Counted from the stretch's first letter, positions 32,020-49,217 are shown. The stretch: 64,000 nucleotides of DNA from Escherichia coli (GCF_001677475.2 NZ_CP015229.1); one strand, 5' to 3'. Made by a program: numbers and translations. The notes: a model not told the origin generated them from the letters alone.

Positions 32020-33378
32020 TTATGCTACGTCTTCGTACTGCGGAACCGGGTTACGGAAACTCTTGGTTACGCAAGCCAGGTAAATCAGGCCGATAGCCGC
32101 CCAGATCAGACCCAGAACCATTGAGCTCTCTTCCAGGTTAACCCACAGCGCACCTACAGTCAGCGCACCACACATCGGCAGGAACAGATACTGGAAGTGA
32201 TCTTTCAGCGTCTTGTTACGCTTCTCACGGATCCAGAACTGCGAAATAACCGACAGGTTAACGAAGGTGAACGCCACCAGCGCACCAAAGTTAATCAGCG
32301 CCGTAGCCATTACCAGGTCGAAGTTGATTGCCAGCAGAGCAATCGCGCCAACCAGGATGATGTTCATCGCCGGAGTACGCCATTTCGGGTGTACATAACC
32401 GAAGAAGCTTTTCGGGAACACGCCGTCACGACCCATTACGTACATCAGACGCGCCACGCCTGCGTGCGCCGCCATACCGGACGCCAGTACGGTAATGGTG
32501 GAGAAGATCAGCGCGCCAACCTGGAACGCTTTACCCGCAACGTACAGCATGATTTCAGGCTGTGACGCATCCGGATCTTTAAAGCGAGAGATATCCGGGA
32601 AGTACAGCTGCAGGAAGTAAGTTGCAAAGATGAAGATCATGCCGCCGATCAGCGCGGTCAGGAAAATCGCACGCGGGATCACGCGCTCTGCATCTTTGGT
32701 TTCTTCCGACAGGTTGCTGATGCCGTCAAAGCCGGTAAAGGAGAAGCACAGGATTGTCGCCCCGGTAATCATCGGGATAACATGCGCATCGCCAGACCAG
32801 AACGGACGAGTGCTCGCCAGCGTACCAGCGCCTTCACCTTCAAATACGCCATAAACAACCATGCCCAGAATCACCGCGATCAGCACTACCTGCAACACGA
32901 CGATTACAGTGTTGAAGTTCGCTACGGATTTCAGACTACGCAGGTTAAAGGCGGTCATAAAGGCCACCAGCGCCACCACAAACATCCACGATGGGATGGA
33001 AGGCACCAGAGCTTCAAAATAGATTTTCGCCAGCAGAATGTTGATCATCGGCGCGAACAGATAGTCGAGCAGAGAAGACCAACCCACCATAAAGCCGACA
33101 GTCGGGCTAATGGATTTCTGGGCGTAAGTGTATGCAGAGCCAGCAGAAGGATAGCGGCGAACCAGCTTCCCGTAGCTCAGAGCCGTAAACAGGATCGCAA
33201 TCAATGCGAACGCATAGGCTGTCGGCACATGACCATCCGTGAGGCCTGAAACGATACCAAATGTATCAAACAGCGTCATCGGCTGCATATAGGCAAGACC
33301 CATCATTACAACCGGAACTAACGTAAGCGTTTTACGCAATTCCACGCGAGAGGTGTTTGGAGTAACGTTATGCGACAT
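32020..33378 (-). CDS. plaP: Putrescine importer PlaP (APC family amino acid/polyamine permease)
   Basis: About 452 aa APC transporter, [24 protein letters not shown]... Confidence 0.9.
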   Translation of the reverse strand: MSHNVTPNTSRVELRKTLTLVPVVMMGLAYMQPMTLFDTFGIVSGLTDGHVPTAYAFALIAILFTALSYGKLVRRYPSAGSAYTYAQKSISPTVGFMVGWSSLLDYLFAPMINILLAKIYFEALVPSIPSWMFVVALVAFMTAFNLRSLKSVANFNTVIVVLQVVLIAVILGMVVYGVFEGEGAGTLASTRPFWSGDAHVIPMITGATILCFSFTGFDGISNLSEETKDAERVIPRAIFLTALIGGMIFIFATYFLQLYFPDISRFKDPDASQPEIMLYVAGKAFQVGALIFSTITVLASGMAAHAGVARLMYVMGRDGVFPKSFFGYVHPKWRTPAMNIILVGAIALLAINFDLVMATALINFGALVAFTFVNLSVISQFWIREKRNKTLKDHFQYLFLPMCGALTVGALWVNLEESSMVLGLIWAAIGLIYLACVTKSFRNPVPQYEDVA

Positions 33379-33644
33379 GGTCATTCTCCTTTACGGTGAT
33401 AACCGTCGCGTAAGCAAAAAATTGCCCCATTTTTTTGGATTCCTCAGCGACAACAACTGTCGATTTTTAGTAAATATCTATCCGGTACGAAGCCCGGCCT
33501 CTTGGTATGAATGATTGGTTTGAAGCAAAAAATAACCGACGCTGATGAAACGTCGGTTTTTAGTCATTTTTTGACAGCGGCGCATTGTGCCTAAATAGGG
33601 GGGAAATGACAAGAGAATGAGAGGCTTGTCATAATAATTTTTCT

Positions 33645-34574
33645 TTAAATGGCTGATTTTCCGTCATCAGATTTTGCATAAACACCGGCGATCGCACTAT
33701 TTGCTAAAATTTCATCTCGCCACCAGCCGCTGGCAAGCCCTGCGGTCTGTTCGTTCCAGCCAATCCAGACGGGTTCAAAGAGAGTTTGGGCGACTACTTT
33801 CTTCTCGATTAACGCGCCACTATCGAGAAAACGTTGCGCCAGATAACGGGGTAAATAGCCGCAGCCAAGGCCGCTAATTTGCAGCTCCAGCTTGGTTTTA
33901 AAATCGAAAACGGTAATGGCTTCTTGTTCGTCGAGAACTTGTGAGGCCGTAGAAGCGCCGGCCTGTGCAGTGTCCCCCACCACAATCGCCCGATATCGTT
34001 TAATGATACGACGGTTTAACGGTTCTTCTTCCAGGGCTAACGGATGATGAGGCGCGACCGCAAAGACTTGTTCCAGATCGCCCAACCGCGAGAAACCAAA
34101 CTCACTGGAAGATGGTGGCTCATGCATCGCGCCAACAATAATATCCGCTCGCCCCTGAGTCAGGGCATCCCAGGAACCACCGAGTACGCCATTGATAAAC
34201 TTCAGGCGCGTCACGCTATGATGTTGATAAAAAGCTTCAATGAGTGGCGCAAGCAGAGAAAAAGGAAACGTGTCGTCCACGCCAATCACCAGCTCGTTTT
34301 CCCAGCCTTCGTGCAGTTTGATCGCCTGCTTTTCCAGTTCTCGCACGGTATGCAGAACTTCCCGCCCTTTCTCTAATAACATTTTTCCGGTGCGGGTGAA
34401 TTTAGCGCGGTGACCGCTACGATCAAGCAATTGAATATTAAGGTCGCTTTCCAGCTTGTGAACGGTGTAACTTAGAGCGGATGGCGTCTTGTAGAGTTTG
34501 GCCGACGCCGCCGCAAAACTGCCTTCTTTTTCTAAGGCATCGAGGATCATCAACACATCCAGCAGTGGTTTCAT
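33645..34574 (-). CDS. yeeY: LysR-family transcriptional regulator YeeY
   Basis: 309 aa; N-terminal HTH and LysR substrate-binding domain. Confidence 0.88.
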   Translation of the reverse strand: MKPLLDVLMILDALEKEGSFAAASAKLYKTPSALSYTVHKLESDLNIQLLDRSGHRAKFTRTGKMLLEKGREVLHTVRELEKQAIKLHEGWENELVIGVDDTFPFSLLAPLIEAFYQHHSVTRLKFINGVLGGSWDALTQGRADIIVGAMHEPPSSSEFGFSRLGDLEQVFAVAPHHPLALEEEPLNRRIIKRYRAIVVGDTAQAGASTASQVLDEQEAITVFDFKTKLELQISGLGCGYLPRYLAQRFLDSGALIEKKVVAQTLFEPVWIGWNEQTAGLASGWWRDEILANSAIAGVYAKSDDGKSAI

Positions 34575-34619
34575 ACACGCCCCCTTGCAGTGTATGCGGC
34601 GTCCTGCTGGCGTGATCGT

Positions 34620-35444
34620 TTACTCCAGCGGCATTACCAGCGGATCGGGATACTGGTATTCAAACCCCAGTTCATTACAAATCCGACTGCCATCAATAAT
34701 CTTACCTTTGCCGCTGTCCAGACTATTTCTGAACTGCGGAGGTTCCAGCCCCAGTAAACGGGCCATCTGCGGATAGAAAACATTACGCGCAGGGTGAGCT
34801 GGCGCACATATATTATAGATGTGTCCGCCTTTAGGTGCCTGTAACAACAGAGTGATAGCGCCAATAACATCTTCTAAATGGACTAAATTAACACCATGTT
34901 CACCATCAGGCGCGGTTTTTCCGGCAAAGAAGCGTCCGGGATGACGTCCCGGTCCGACCAGCCCCGCAAGACGCAGAATATCGACCGAAGTACCGGGTAA
35001 ATTGTGCAGCCAGTCTTCGAGTTCTTCTAATACTCGTCCACTGTTGGTCACCGGATTACGCGGGGTGGTTTCTTTCACCGTGCCTTGCGCGTCGCCATAG
35101 ACAGATGTTGAGCTGGTAAAAATAATTCGGGGAATACGATGGGCCAGCGCGCTATCCACTAACTCTTGTACCGCTTGTAAATAGAACTCATCGCCGGGGC
35201 CGCTACGACGTGCCGGAAGCGTAATGACCAGCGCGTCGGCATCCATCAGGGCATCCAGATCGTCAGAATCGCAAACTAACTCAGGCTCCATGCGAAGCAG
35301 ATAGCTATCAATGCCACTCATTCGGGCCGCTTCGACACCATCTTGTGTGGTTTTACTCCCGGTGACTTGCCAGCCTCGCGCTGAAAGTGACATCGCCAGC
35401 GGCATGCCTAACCACCCTAACCCGACAATTGCGACCTTTTTCAT
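34620..35444 (-). CDS. yeeZ: NAD(P)-dependent epimerase/dehydratase family protein YeeZ
   Basis: 274 aa; Rossmann motif VAIVGLGWLG. Confidence 0.88.
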   Translation of the reverse strand: MKKVAIVGLGWLGMPLAMSLSARGWQVTGSKTTQDGVEAARMSGIDSYLLRMEPELVCDSDDLDALMDADALVITLPARRSGPGDEFYLQAVQELVDSALAHRIPRIIFTSSTSVYGDAQGTVKETTPRNPVTNSGRVLEELEDWLHNLPGTSVDILRLAGLVGPGRHPGRFFAGKTAPDGEHGVNLVHLEDVIGAITLLLQAPKGGHIYNICAPAHPARNVFYPQMARLLGLEPPQFRNSLDSGKGKIIDGSRICNELGFEYQYPDPLVMPLE

Positions 35445-35526
35445 CCGTTATCTCCTGATACACCTTAGATCTATAAGGCTACGCTAGCGTATCAAAACTG
35501 ACAATTCATTCTATGAATGAATCTGT

Positions 35527-35781
35527 TCAATAATGATAACGACATGCTGCAATGAGCAGTGAATCGTCGGTAACCGCGTATACCAGACGGTGCTCCTCTG
35601 TAATGCGTCGGGACCAGAAACCTGACAAATTATGTTTCAGGGGTTCTGGCTTCCCCTTACCTTCAAATGGCGTTCTGCGGGTATCTTTGATAAGTTCATT
35701 GATCTTTTTAACAATTCGCTTATCTGTTTCCTGCCAGTACAGATAATCATCCCATGATTCCTCAGACCAGATTAGTTTCAC
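35527..35781 (-). CDS. yoeB: Toxin YoeB (RelE-family mRNA interferase)
   Basis: 84 aa [68 protein letters not shown]...; overlaps the yefM stop. Confidence 0.95.
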
Positions 35782-36029
35782 TCAATAATGTCCTTTTCCG
35801 TTCCTTTGCCAGATTTCAGGCTATCGATTGAGTCCATCAATCTCCGGGCATTAGCGGGGGAACGCAGTAGATAAGCCGTCTCCTCCAGGGAGTTGTATTC
35901 TTCGAGTGACATCAGAACACAAGCCTCTCCATTCTGACGAGTAATAAGGATCGGGGCATGATCTTCAACGGCTTTCATCATTGTTGCCGACAAATTCTGA
36001 CGCGCTTCGCTGTAGCTAATTGTACGCAT
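35778..36029 (-). CDS. yefM: Antitoxin YefM
   Basis: 83 aa [58 protein letters not shown]... Confidence 0.95.
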
Positions 36030-36044
36030 GTTAATCTCCTCTTT

Positions 36045-36062
36045 TGTACATTTCATTGTACA
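36045..36062. promoter_or_regulatory. yefM-yoeB operator palindrome
   Basis: TGTACA-tttcat-TGTACA immediately upstream of the yefM start. Confidence 0.8.
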
Positions 36063-36312
36063 ATGATGGGCGTTAATTAACTATTTATTAATTAGTTTGT
36101 AGATCAAGATATTGTCAGTGAGTCGAAAAATACAGGCTTCGCTATTTTTGGTGCCGTCAGCTTAGAGGTCAGTCCTCTTAGCACCCTCCTTGCCCCGCTC
36201 ATTCATTAAACAAATCCATCGCCATAAAATATATAAAAAAGCCCTTGCTTTCTAACGTGAAAGTGGTTTAGGTTAAAAGACATCAGTTGAATAAACATTC
36301 ACAGAGACTTTT

Positions 36313-36363
36313 ATGACACGCGTTCAATTTAAACACCACCATCATCACCATCATCCTGACTAG
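36313..36363 (+). CDS. hisL: his operon leader peptide
   Basis: ATG ACA CGC GTT CAA TTT AAA CAC CAC CAT CAT CAC CAT CAT CCT GAC TAG = MTRVQFKHHHHHHHPD. Confidence 0.97.
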   Translation: MTRVQFKHHHHHHHPD

Positions 36364-36426
36364 TCTTTCAGGCGATGTGTGCTGGAAGACATTCAGATCT
36401 TCCAGTGGTGCATGAACGCATGAGAA

Positions 36427-36462
36427 AGCCCCCGGAAGATCATCTTCCGGGGGCTTTTTTAT
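36427..36462 (+). terminator. his attenuator (rho-independent terminator)
   Basis: AGCCCCCGGAAGATCATCTTCCGGGGGCT hairpin followed by TTTTTTATT, between hisL and hisG. Confidence 0.93.
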
Positions 36463-36508
36463 TGCGCGATTGATAACGGTTCAGACAGGTTTAAAGAGGA
36501 ATAACAAA

Positions 36509-37408
36509 ATGACAGACAACACTCGTTTACGCATAGCTATGCAGAAATCCGGCCGTTTAAGTGATGACTCACGCGAATTGCTGGCGCGCTGTGGCATTAA
36601 AATCAATCTTCACACCCAGCGCCTGATCGCGATGGCAGAAAACATGCCGATTGATATTCTGCGTGTGCGTGACGACGACATTCCCGGTCTGGTAATGGAT
36701 GGCGTAGTAGACCTTGGGATTATCGGCGAAAACGTGCTGGAAGAAGAGCTGCTTAACCGCCGCGCCCAGGGTGAAGATCCGCGCTACTTTACCCTGCGTC
36801 GACTGGATTTCGGCGGCTGCCGCCTTTCGCTGGCAACGCCGGTTGATGAAGCCTGGGACGGCCCGCTCTCCTTAAACGGTAAACGTATTGCCACCTCTTA
36901 TCCTCACCTGCTCAAGCGTTATCTCGACCAGAAAGGCATCTCTTTTAAATCCTGCTTGCTGAACGGTTCTGTTGAAGTCGCCCCGCGCGCCGGACTGGCG
37001 GATGCAATTTGCGATCTGGTTTCCACCGGTGCCACGCTGGAAGCTAACGGCCTGCGCGAAGTCGAAGTTATCTACCGCTCGAAAGCCTGCCTGATCCAGC
37101 GCGATGGCGAAATGGAAGAATCCAAACAGCAGCTGATCGACAAACTGCTGACCCGTATTCAGGGTGTGATCCAAGCGCGCGAATCAAAATACATCATGAT
37201 GCACGCACCGACCGAACGTCTGGATGAAGTCATCGCCCTGCTGCCAGGTGCCGAACGCCCAACTATTCTACCGCTGGCGGGTGATCAACAGCGCGTAGCG
37301 ATGCACATGGTCAGTAGCGAAACCCTGTTCTGGGAAACGATGGAAAAACTGAAAGCGCTGGGTGCCAGTTCAATTCTGGTCCTGCCGATTGAGAAGATGA
37401 TGGAGTGA
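36509..37408 (+). CDS. hisG: ATP phosphoribosyltransferase
   Basis: [34 protein letters not shown]...; start taken at MTDNT. Confidence 0.97.
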
Positions 37409-37413
37409 TCGCC

Positions 37414-39796
<2,383 letters not shown>

Positions 39797-39797
<1 letters not shown>

Positions 39798-40863
39798 TGA
39801 GTCAGAAGTATCTTTTTATCGATCGCGATGGAACCCTGATTAGCGAACCGCCGAGTGATTTTCAGGTGGACCGTTTTGACAAACTCGCCTTTGAACCGGG
39901 CGTGATCCCGGAACTGCTGAAGCTGCAAAAAGCGGGCTACAAGCTGGTGATGATCACTAATCAGGATGGTCTTGGAACACAAAGTTTCCCGCAGCCGGAT
40001 TTTGATGGCCCGCACAACCTGATGATGCAGATCTTCACCTCGCAAGGCGTACAGTTTGATGAAGTGCTGATTTGTCCGCATCTGCCCGCCGATGAGTGCG
40101 ACTGCCGTAAGCCGAAAGTAAAACTGGTGGAGCGTTATCTGGCTGAGCAAGCGATGGATCGCTCTAACAGTTATGTGATTGGCGATCGCGCGACCGATAT
40201 TCAACTGGCAGAAAACATGGGCATTACTGGTTTACGCTACGACCGCGAAACCCTGAACTGGCCGATGATTGGCGAGCAACTTACCAAACGAGACCGTTAC
40301 GCCCATGTAGTGCGCAACACCAAAGAGACGCAAATTGACGTCCAGGTGTGGCTGGATCGTGAAGGTGGCAGCAAGATTAACACCGGCGTTGGCTTCTTTG
40401 ATCACATGCTGGATCAGATCGCCACCCACGGCGGTTTCCGCATGGAAATCAACGTCAAAGGCGACCTCTATATCGACGATCACCACACCGTCGAAGATAC
40501 CGGCCTGGCGCTGGGCGAAGCGTTAAAAATGGCTCTTGGCGACAAACGCGGTATTTGTCGCTTTGGTTTTGTGCTACCGATGGACGAATGCCTTGCCCGC
40601 TGTGCACTGGATATCTCTGGTCGCCCGCACCTGGAATATAAGGCCGAATTTACCTACCAGCGCGTGGGCGATCTCAGCACCGAAATGATCGAGCACTTCT
40701 TCCGTTCGCTCTCATACACCATGGGCGTGACCCTGCACCTGAAAACCAAAGGTAAAAACGATCACCACCGTGTAGAGAGCCTGTTCAAAGCTTTTGGTCG
40801 CACCCTGCGCCAGGCCATCCGCGTGGAAGGCGATACCCTGCCCTCATCGAAAGGAGTGCTGTA

Positions 40864-40864
<1 letters not shown>
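39797..40864 (+). CDS. hisB: Bifunctional histidinol-phosphatase / imidazoleglycerol-phosphate dehydratase
   Basis: [27 protein letters not shown]...; ATG overlaps the hisC TGA. Confidence 0.97.
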
Positions 40865-42942
<2,078 letters not shown>

Positions 42943-42949
<7 letters not shown>

Positions 42950-43554
42950 CAGAACAACAACGTCGCGAACTGGACTGGGAAAAAACTGACGGACTGATGC
43001 CGGTGATTGTTCAACACGCGGTATCTGGCGAAGTGCTAATGCTGGGCTATATGAACCCGGAAGCCTTAGACAAAACCATCGAAAGCGGCAAAGTCACCTT
43101 CTTCTCGCGCACTAAACAGCGACTGTGGACCAAAGGCGAAACGTCGGGTAATTTCCTCAACGTAGTGAGCATTGCGCCGGACTGCGACAACGACACTTTA
43201 TTAGTGCTGGCGAATCCCATCGGCCCGACCTGCCACAAAGGCACCAGCAGCTGCTTCGGTGACACCGCTCACCAGTGGCTGTTCCTCTATCAACTGGAAC
43301 AACTGCTTGCCGAACGTAAATCTGCCGATCCGGAAACCTCCTACACTGCCAAACTGTATGCCAGCGGCACCAAACGCATCGCGCAGAAAGTGGGCGAAGA
43401 AGGCGTGGAAACCGCACTAGCAGCAACGGTACATGACCGCTTTGAGCTGACCAACGAGGCATCTGACTTGATGTATCACCTGCTGGTGCTGTTGCAGGAT
43501 CAGGACCTGGATTTAACGACGGTGATTGAGAACCTGCGTAAACGGCATCAGTGA
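42943..43554 (+). CDS. hisI: Bifunctional phosphoribosyl-AMP cyclohydrolase / phosphoribosyl-ATP pyrophosphatase
   Basis: 203 aa [42 protein letters not shown]... Confidence 0.97.
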
Positions 43555-43566
43555 GTTGCGGGGTAA

Positions 43567-43595
43567 GCGGATGCGATATTGTTGTCGCATCCGGC
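43567..43595. repeat. REP-like inverted repeat
   Basis: GCGGATGCGATATTGTTGTCGCATCCGGC, resembling the GCCGGATGCG REP core. Confidence 0.5.
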
Positions 43596-43638
43596 AAAAA
43601 AAAACGGGCAAGGTGTCACCACCCTGCCCATTTTCTTT
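43596..43638. terminator. Bidirectional rho-independent terminator between convergent hisI and wzzB
   Basis: A9 tract, hairpin GGGCAAGGTGTCACCACCCTGCCC, then ATTTTCTTT; U-rich tail on either strand. Confidence 0.85.
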
Positions 43639-43651
43639 AAAACCGAAAAGA

Positions 43652-44632
43652 TTACTTCGCGTTGTAATTACGCAGAGCGTTACGCCCCAACACAATCCCC
43701 GCGCCAACCATGCCGCCCAGCAGCACCGCCAGAATCAAGGTAATTGCCTTTTTCGGACTATCGCGACGAATAGGTAACGTCGGTTTCATCACATAACGGT
43801 AAGCATGAATATCAAGATCATCAACTTTTAAGCTTTCGATATCCAGCAGGTTTTGACGAGTCTGATAGTAGTTTGGTGAGAACACCAACGGACGGGTCGC
43901 TTCATGTTTAATCATCGACTCCAGCGCTTCGCTACCCAAAAGGAACAACGTATCTTGCGTCACATCTTCAGTCTGCTGAACCTGTGGCTTTGTCACCTGC
44001 GCCTGATTCGCATACTGCAACGCTTCCTGAATCTGACGGATACGCAGATCTTTCTGCTCCTGCGCGACTACTTCCTGCGTTCTTAAAGAGTCCTGCAAGT
44101 TTTTCCGTCCCAGAGCAATGTTGTCTTTGAGATCCTTTTCTAGCTCTTGATTCACTTTATCATCAACTTGCTGAATGTATTGGGCCAACTTCATTTGTGC
44201 GCCCTCTGCAGTTTGCCCAACATAAGAAACAGTCAATGGTAATTGCTGGTTCTTAACAGAAGGTTCGATGGTAAGTTTTTCTGGTTCATCCTGATTATCC
44301 AGCGTTTCTGCTAATGCAGAGAAGGCAGAACTGAAGCGACCAATTAACGTCTCCTGCAAATCCGATACTTTCGGTGCAGCCTGACCATAGATAACATTCA
44401 TGGCATTGTTATAGCCAGCAATTTGCCCCACGTCGGGCTGAGTGATAATTGCTGTTGACGTCCATTTCTCCTTCGCAACTGCCAAATATCCAATAGCCAG
44501 GGCAATAGCCACAATGACGGAAATGATGATTGTCATCTTGCCACGCCACAACTGCACTAGTAAATCAATCAAATCAATCTGTTCTGGGTCATTATTTTGC
44601 CCAGAAACATTATTATTTTCTACTCTCATCAT
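43652..44632 (-). CDS. wzzB: O-antigen chain length determinant (polysaccharide co-polymerase Wzz)
   Basis: MRVENNNVSGQNNDPEQIDLIDLLVQLWRGKMTIIISVIVAIALAIG...; start taken at MRVEN. Confidence 0.95.
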   Translation of the reverse strand: MMRVENNNVSGQNNDPEQIDLIDLLVQLWRGKMTIIISVIVAIALAIGYLAVAKEKWTSTAIITQPDVGQIAGYNNAMNVIYGQAAPKVSDLQETLIGRFSSAFSALAETLDNQDEPEKLTIEPSVKNQQLPLTVSYVGQTAEGAQMKLAQYIQQVDDKVNQELEKDLKDNIALGRKNLQDSLRTQEVVAQEQKDLRIRQIQEALQYANQAQVTKPQVQQTEDVTQDTLFLLGSEALESMIKHEATRPLVFSPNYYQTRQNLLDIESLKVDDLDIHAYRYVMKPTLPIRRDSPKKAITLILAVLLGGMVGAGIVLGRNALRNYNAK

Positions 44633-44774
44633 TACCCTAACTGACGGAAATTTCCAAGTCCGCATAGTTTAGCGATAATCCTCGTGAATGCTATAGGATA
44701 AGTGATAAAAATAATGAATTGTTGCGTAAGTAACAAAAGACAATCAGGGCGTAAATAGCCCTGATAACAAGATG

Positions 44775-45950
<1,176 letters not shown>

Positions 45951-46131
45951 TCAGAATTAACTTAACTGTGAATCATGATGTTTTTAGCATCCTGATAAGA
46001 GTTAAAAGTTTTAACGCTACGTTGTAAGATGGTCAACGCAACGAAAAACAATTCAGATTTTCTTTATAAGAATAGCTGATATTTATTAAGTTAATATTAA
46101 GCAGTGAAATTTAGTCTATAAGATATTTGGC

Positions 46132-46168
46132 AAAAAAAAGCCCGGTGCAATATACGCCGGGCCTCAAT
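46132..46168 (-). terminator. Rho-independent terminator downstream of gnd
   Basis: Minus strand hairpin GGCCCGGCGTATATTGCACCGGGC followed by TTTTTTTT. Confidence 0.8.
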
Positions 46169-46189
46169 TTTATTGTTGATTAAATCAGA

Positions 46190-47596
46190 TTAATCCAGCC
46201 ATTCAGTATGGAACACACCTTCTTTATCAATGCGCTTATAAGTATGCGCACCGAAATAGTCACGCTGTGCCTGGATCAGGTTTGCAGGCAGAACTGCGGC
46301 GCGGTAGCTGTCATAATAGGCAACCGCAGCCGCGAAGGTCGGAACCGGGATACCGTTCTGTACTGCATAAGCAACGACATCACGCAGCGCCTGCTGGTAG
46401 TCATCGGCAATTTGCTTAAAGTACGGAGCCAGCAGCAGGTTAGCGATCTGTGGATTTTCGGCATATGCATCGGTGATTTTCTGCAGGAACTGCGCACGGA
46501 TGATGCAGCCAGCACGGAAAATCTTCGCGATTTCGCCGTAGTTCAGATCCCAGTTGTATTCTTCAGACGCAGCACGCAGCTGAGAGAAGCCCTGAGCGTA
46601 AGAAACGATTTTGCCCAGATACAGCGCACGGCGAACTTTTTCGATGAACTCAGCCTTGTCGCCTGCTGACTGAGCTTGCGGACCAGAGAGAACTTTAGAT
46701 GCGGCAACGCGCTGATCTTTCAGAGAAGAGATATAACGTGCAAACACAGACTCGGTAATCAGCGACAGCGGTTCTCCGAGATCCAGCGCGCTCTGGCTGG
46801 TCCATTTACCGGTACCTTTGTTAGCCGCTTCATCCAGGATCACATCAACCAAGTAGTTACCGTCTTCATCTTTTTTAGTGAAGATGTCTTTGGTGATGTC
46901 GATCAGGTAGCTGCTCAGTTCACCGTTATTCCACTCGGTAAAGGTCTGTGCCAGTTCTTCGTTGGTGAGGTTCAGGCCACCTTTAAGCAGAGAATAGGCT
47001 TCAGCAATCAGTTGCATATCACCGTATTCAATACCGTTGTGAACCATCTTCACATAGTGACCTGCACCATCGGCACCAATATAGGTAACGCATGGCTCCC
47101 CGTCTTCAGCTACTGCGGCGATTTTGGTCAGGATCGGTGCAACCAGTTCATAGGCTTCTTTCTGCCCACCAGGCATAATGGAAGGACCTTTCAGCGCACC
47201 TTCTTCACCGCCGGAAACACCGGTACCAATGAAGTTAAAACCTTCGGCAGAAAGCTCACGATTACGACGAATGGTGTCCTGGAAGAAGGTATTACCACCA
47301 TCAATAATGATGTCACCTTTATCGAGGTATGGCTTGAGGGAATCAATAGCAGCATCCGTGCCTGCACCTGCTTTAACCATTAACAGGATGCGACGAGGCG
47401 TTTCCAGAGATTCAACGAACTCTTTCACCGTATAGTAAGGAACCAGTTTTTTGCCTGGATTTTCGGCAATCACTTCTTCCGTCTTTTCACGGGAACGGTT
47501 GAAAATAGAGACGGTATAACCACGGCTTTCGATGTTAAGCGCAAGATTGCGCCCCATCACTGCCATACCGACTACGCCAATCTGTTGCTTTGACAT
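46190..47596 (-). CDS. gnd: 6-phosphogluconate dehydrogenase (decarboxylating)
   Basis: 468 aa [30 protein letters not shown]... Confidence 0.98.
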   Translation of the reverse strand: MSKQQIGVVGMAVMGRNLALNIESRGYTVSIFNRSREKTEEVIAENPGKKLVPYYTVKEFVESLETPRRILLMVKAGAGTDAAIDSLKPYLDKGDIIIDGGNTFFQDTIRRNRELSAEGFNFIGTGVSGGEEGALKGPSIMPGGQKEAYELVAPILTKIAAVAEDGEPCVTYIGADGAGHYVKMVHNGIEYGDMQLIAEAYSLLKGGLNLTNEELAQTFTEWNNGELSSYLIDITKDIFTKKDEDGNYLVDVILDEAANKGTGKWTSQSALDLGEPLSLITESVFARYISSLKDQRVAASKVLSGPQAQSAGDKAEFIEKVRRALYLGKIVSYAQGFSQLRAASEEYNWDLNYGEIAKIFRAGCIIRAQFLQKITDAYAENPQIANLLLAPYFKQIADDYQQALRDVVAYAVQNGIPVPTFAAAVAYYDSYRAAVLPANLIQAQRDYFGAHTYKRIDKEGVFHTEWLD

Positions 47597-47787
47597 TGTT
47601 TACTCCTGTCAGGGGGTTACCGCGGGATTGCGCGGCTTGAATATGAAACAGATGTTAACTCAAGTTACATGAATGTGTGTAGTGCTGAATTTCATTAATG
47701 CAACGAATACCGTTCATCTTCCTTTATACAGACATCCACTTGTAACCAAACCTACGCGCACATGTAAGCGAAGATAAATCTATAACA

Positions 47788-49212
47788 TCAAGAAATTAAA
47801 GATATAATACTCCCAAGCACATTCGTAACATATTGCTTAGCCTGATTTTCATCACTGCCTTCAGCGTAACAACGGAGTTCAGGGGCATTTCCGGAAGGAC
47901 GGAGATGTATAATATCACCATTAGTTAAAATAAATCTTGCACCATCAGTTTCATCAATAGTGGAACAGGATAATGATTCATACCCTAATTTATTAAAGAA
48001 ATTATTAGGTGATGAAATGGCATTTTTTATAATTTGCTGACTTGACTCTGAAGGAAAGTTTTTCACTCTATCTGACCAAGTAAATCGCTGTGGAAGATTA
48101 TTAACCAGTTGAGAGATAGTACTATTGCGAGAAGCTATTAAGAGCATTAACGCTGGTAATACTGCATCTCGAGTAGGTAACGCATTTAATTCTTTGCCAT
48201 TAATTTGTAAATCGGAGGCAAGCAGAAAACCGCCATTAGCTTCAAAACCAGCGACTGAATCAAATTGTTTAGCAAGTTCTGAAAACGCTGCAATCACATA
48301 AGGAGAGCCAATTTTAGTCCGTTGTGTATTTGCAAATTTATTAGATTGTTCAATTGCTGTATTACAACTCACTGGAATAGCCAACGCCTTGATATTAAGT
48401 TCAATAGCCGTAAGTAATCCCAGAATATCGCCTCGTAGCCATTCACCATTTTCATCGGCAACTAAAGGGCGATCACCATCACCATCTGTTGAGAAAATTG
48501 CATCGAGATTGTATTTTTTAGACCACTCTCTTGCAAGTAGACGATCTTCTTCGCTAACTGCTTCCGTATCAATAGGAACGAACTCATCACTTCTACCGAG
48601 GGAGATGACCTCAGCACCCAATTGATTAAAAAGTGGAGCATATAAATCTCGTCCTGCACTAGAATGTTCATAGATCCCAATTCTCTTCCCCTTTAAAATA
48701 TCGGAATTAAAAAGAGAAACATAACGTTCTAGGTATGAATCCGCACCTTGAGTACTTGTTTCAAGATGAGGTAATACATCTACAGGAGAAAAAACATATT
48801 CACTATTTACTATTGCTAACTCATCCTCTTTTGTGATTTCACCATCTGGACGGTAAAATTTCAAACCATTACGGTCAAAAGGTATGTGACTACCGGTAAC
48901 CATTATGCAGGGGATGTTTTTCTGCATGGAATAATGAGCTAATGCAGGGGTCGGAATTACACCATGATATTCAACAGCGAACCCATGTTGTTTGATAGCG
49001 AACGCGCATGCCTGAGCAATTTCATAACTACTCGGGCGATTGTCAATGGCTAAAGCAACTTTATTAAAATTGTATTTGTCATCAATAACAGAAAGAAACG
49101 CATGACTGAAGGCTGCACAAACATCATGGGTAAAATCGATGACTAAACCACGAGCACCACTAGTGCCGAAAGCAATATTGCTATCGGTAATGATTTTGTT
49201 AGCATTTAACAT
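47788..49212 (-). CDS. manB: Phosphomannomutase
   Basis: 474 aa alpha-D-phosphohexomutase; active-site TGSHIP and metal-binding DGDGDR. Confidence 0.88.
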   Translation of the reverse strand: MLNANKIITDSNIAFGTSGARGLVIDFTHDVCAAFSHAFLSVIDDKYNFNKVALAIDNRPSSYEIAQACAFAIKQHGFAVEYHGVIPTPALAHYSMQKNIPCIMVTGSHIPFDRNGLKFYRPDGEITKEDELAIVNSEYVFSPVDVLPHLETSTQGADSYLERYVSLFNSDILKGKRIGIYEHSSAGRDLYAPLFNQLGAEVISLGRSDEFVPIDTEAVSEEDRLLAREWSKKYNLDAIFSTDGDGDRPLVADENGEWLRGDILGLLTAIELNIKALAIPVSCNTAIEQSNKFANTQRTKIGSPYVIAAFSELAKQFDSVAGFEANGGFLLASDLQINGKELNALPTRDAVLPALMLLIASRNSTISQLVNNLPQRFTWSDRVKNFPSESSQQIIKNAISSPNNFFNKLGYESLSCSTIDETDGARFILTNGDIIHLRPSGNAPELRCYAEGSDENQAKQYVTNVLGSIISLIS

Positions 49213-49217
49213 GATGA

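Noticed and set aside
32197-33249. Multiple ORFs antisense to plaP (for example a 155-aa His/Arg/Gln-rich ORF)
   Set aside because: Highly biased composition and complete overlap with the APC-family transporter gene.
33385-33644. Possible small RNA or gene in the 260-bp plaP-yeeY intergenic region
   Set aside because: Contains a terminator-like hairpin (CCGACGCTGATGAAACGTCGG plus T-run) and promoter-like AT-rich sequence, but nothing beyond ordinary intergenic signals.
46208-47435. 153-, 235- and 85-aa ORFs antisense to gnd
   Set aside because: gnd is unambiguous on the minus strand; these are artefacts of an open antisense frame.
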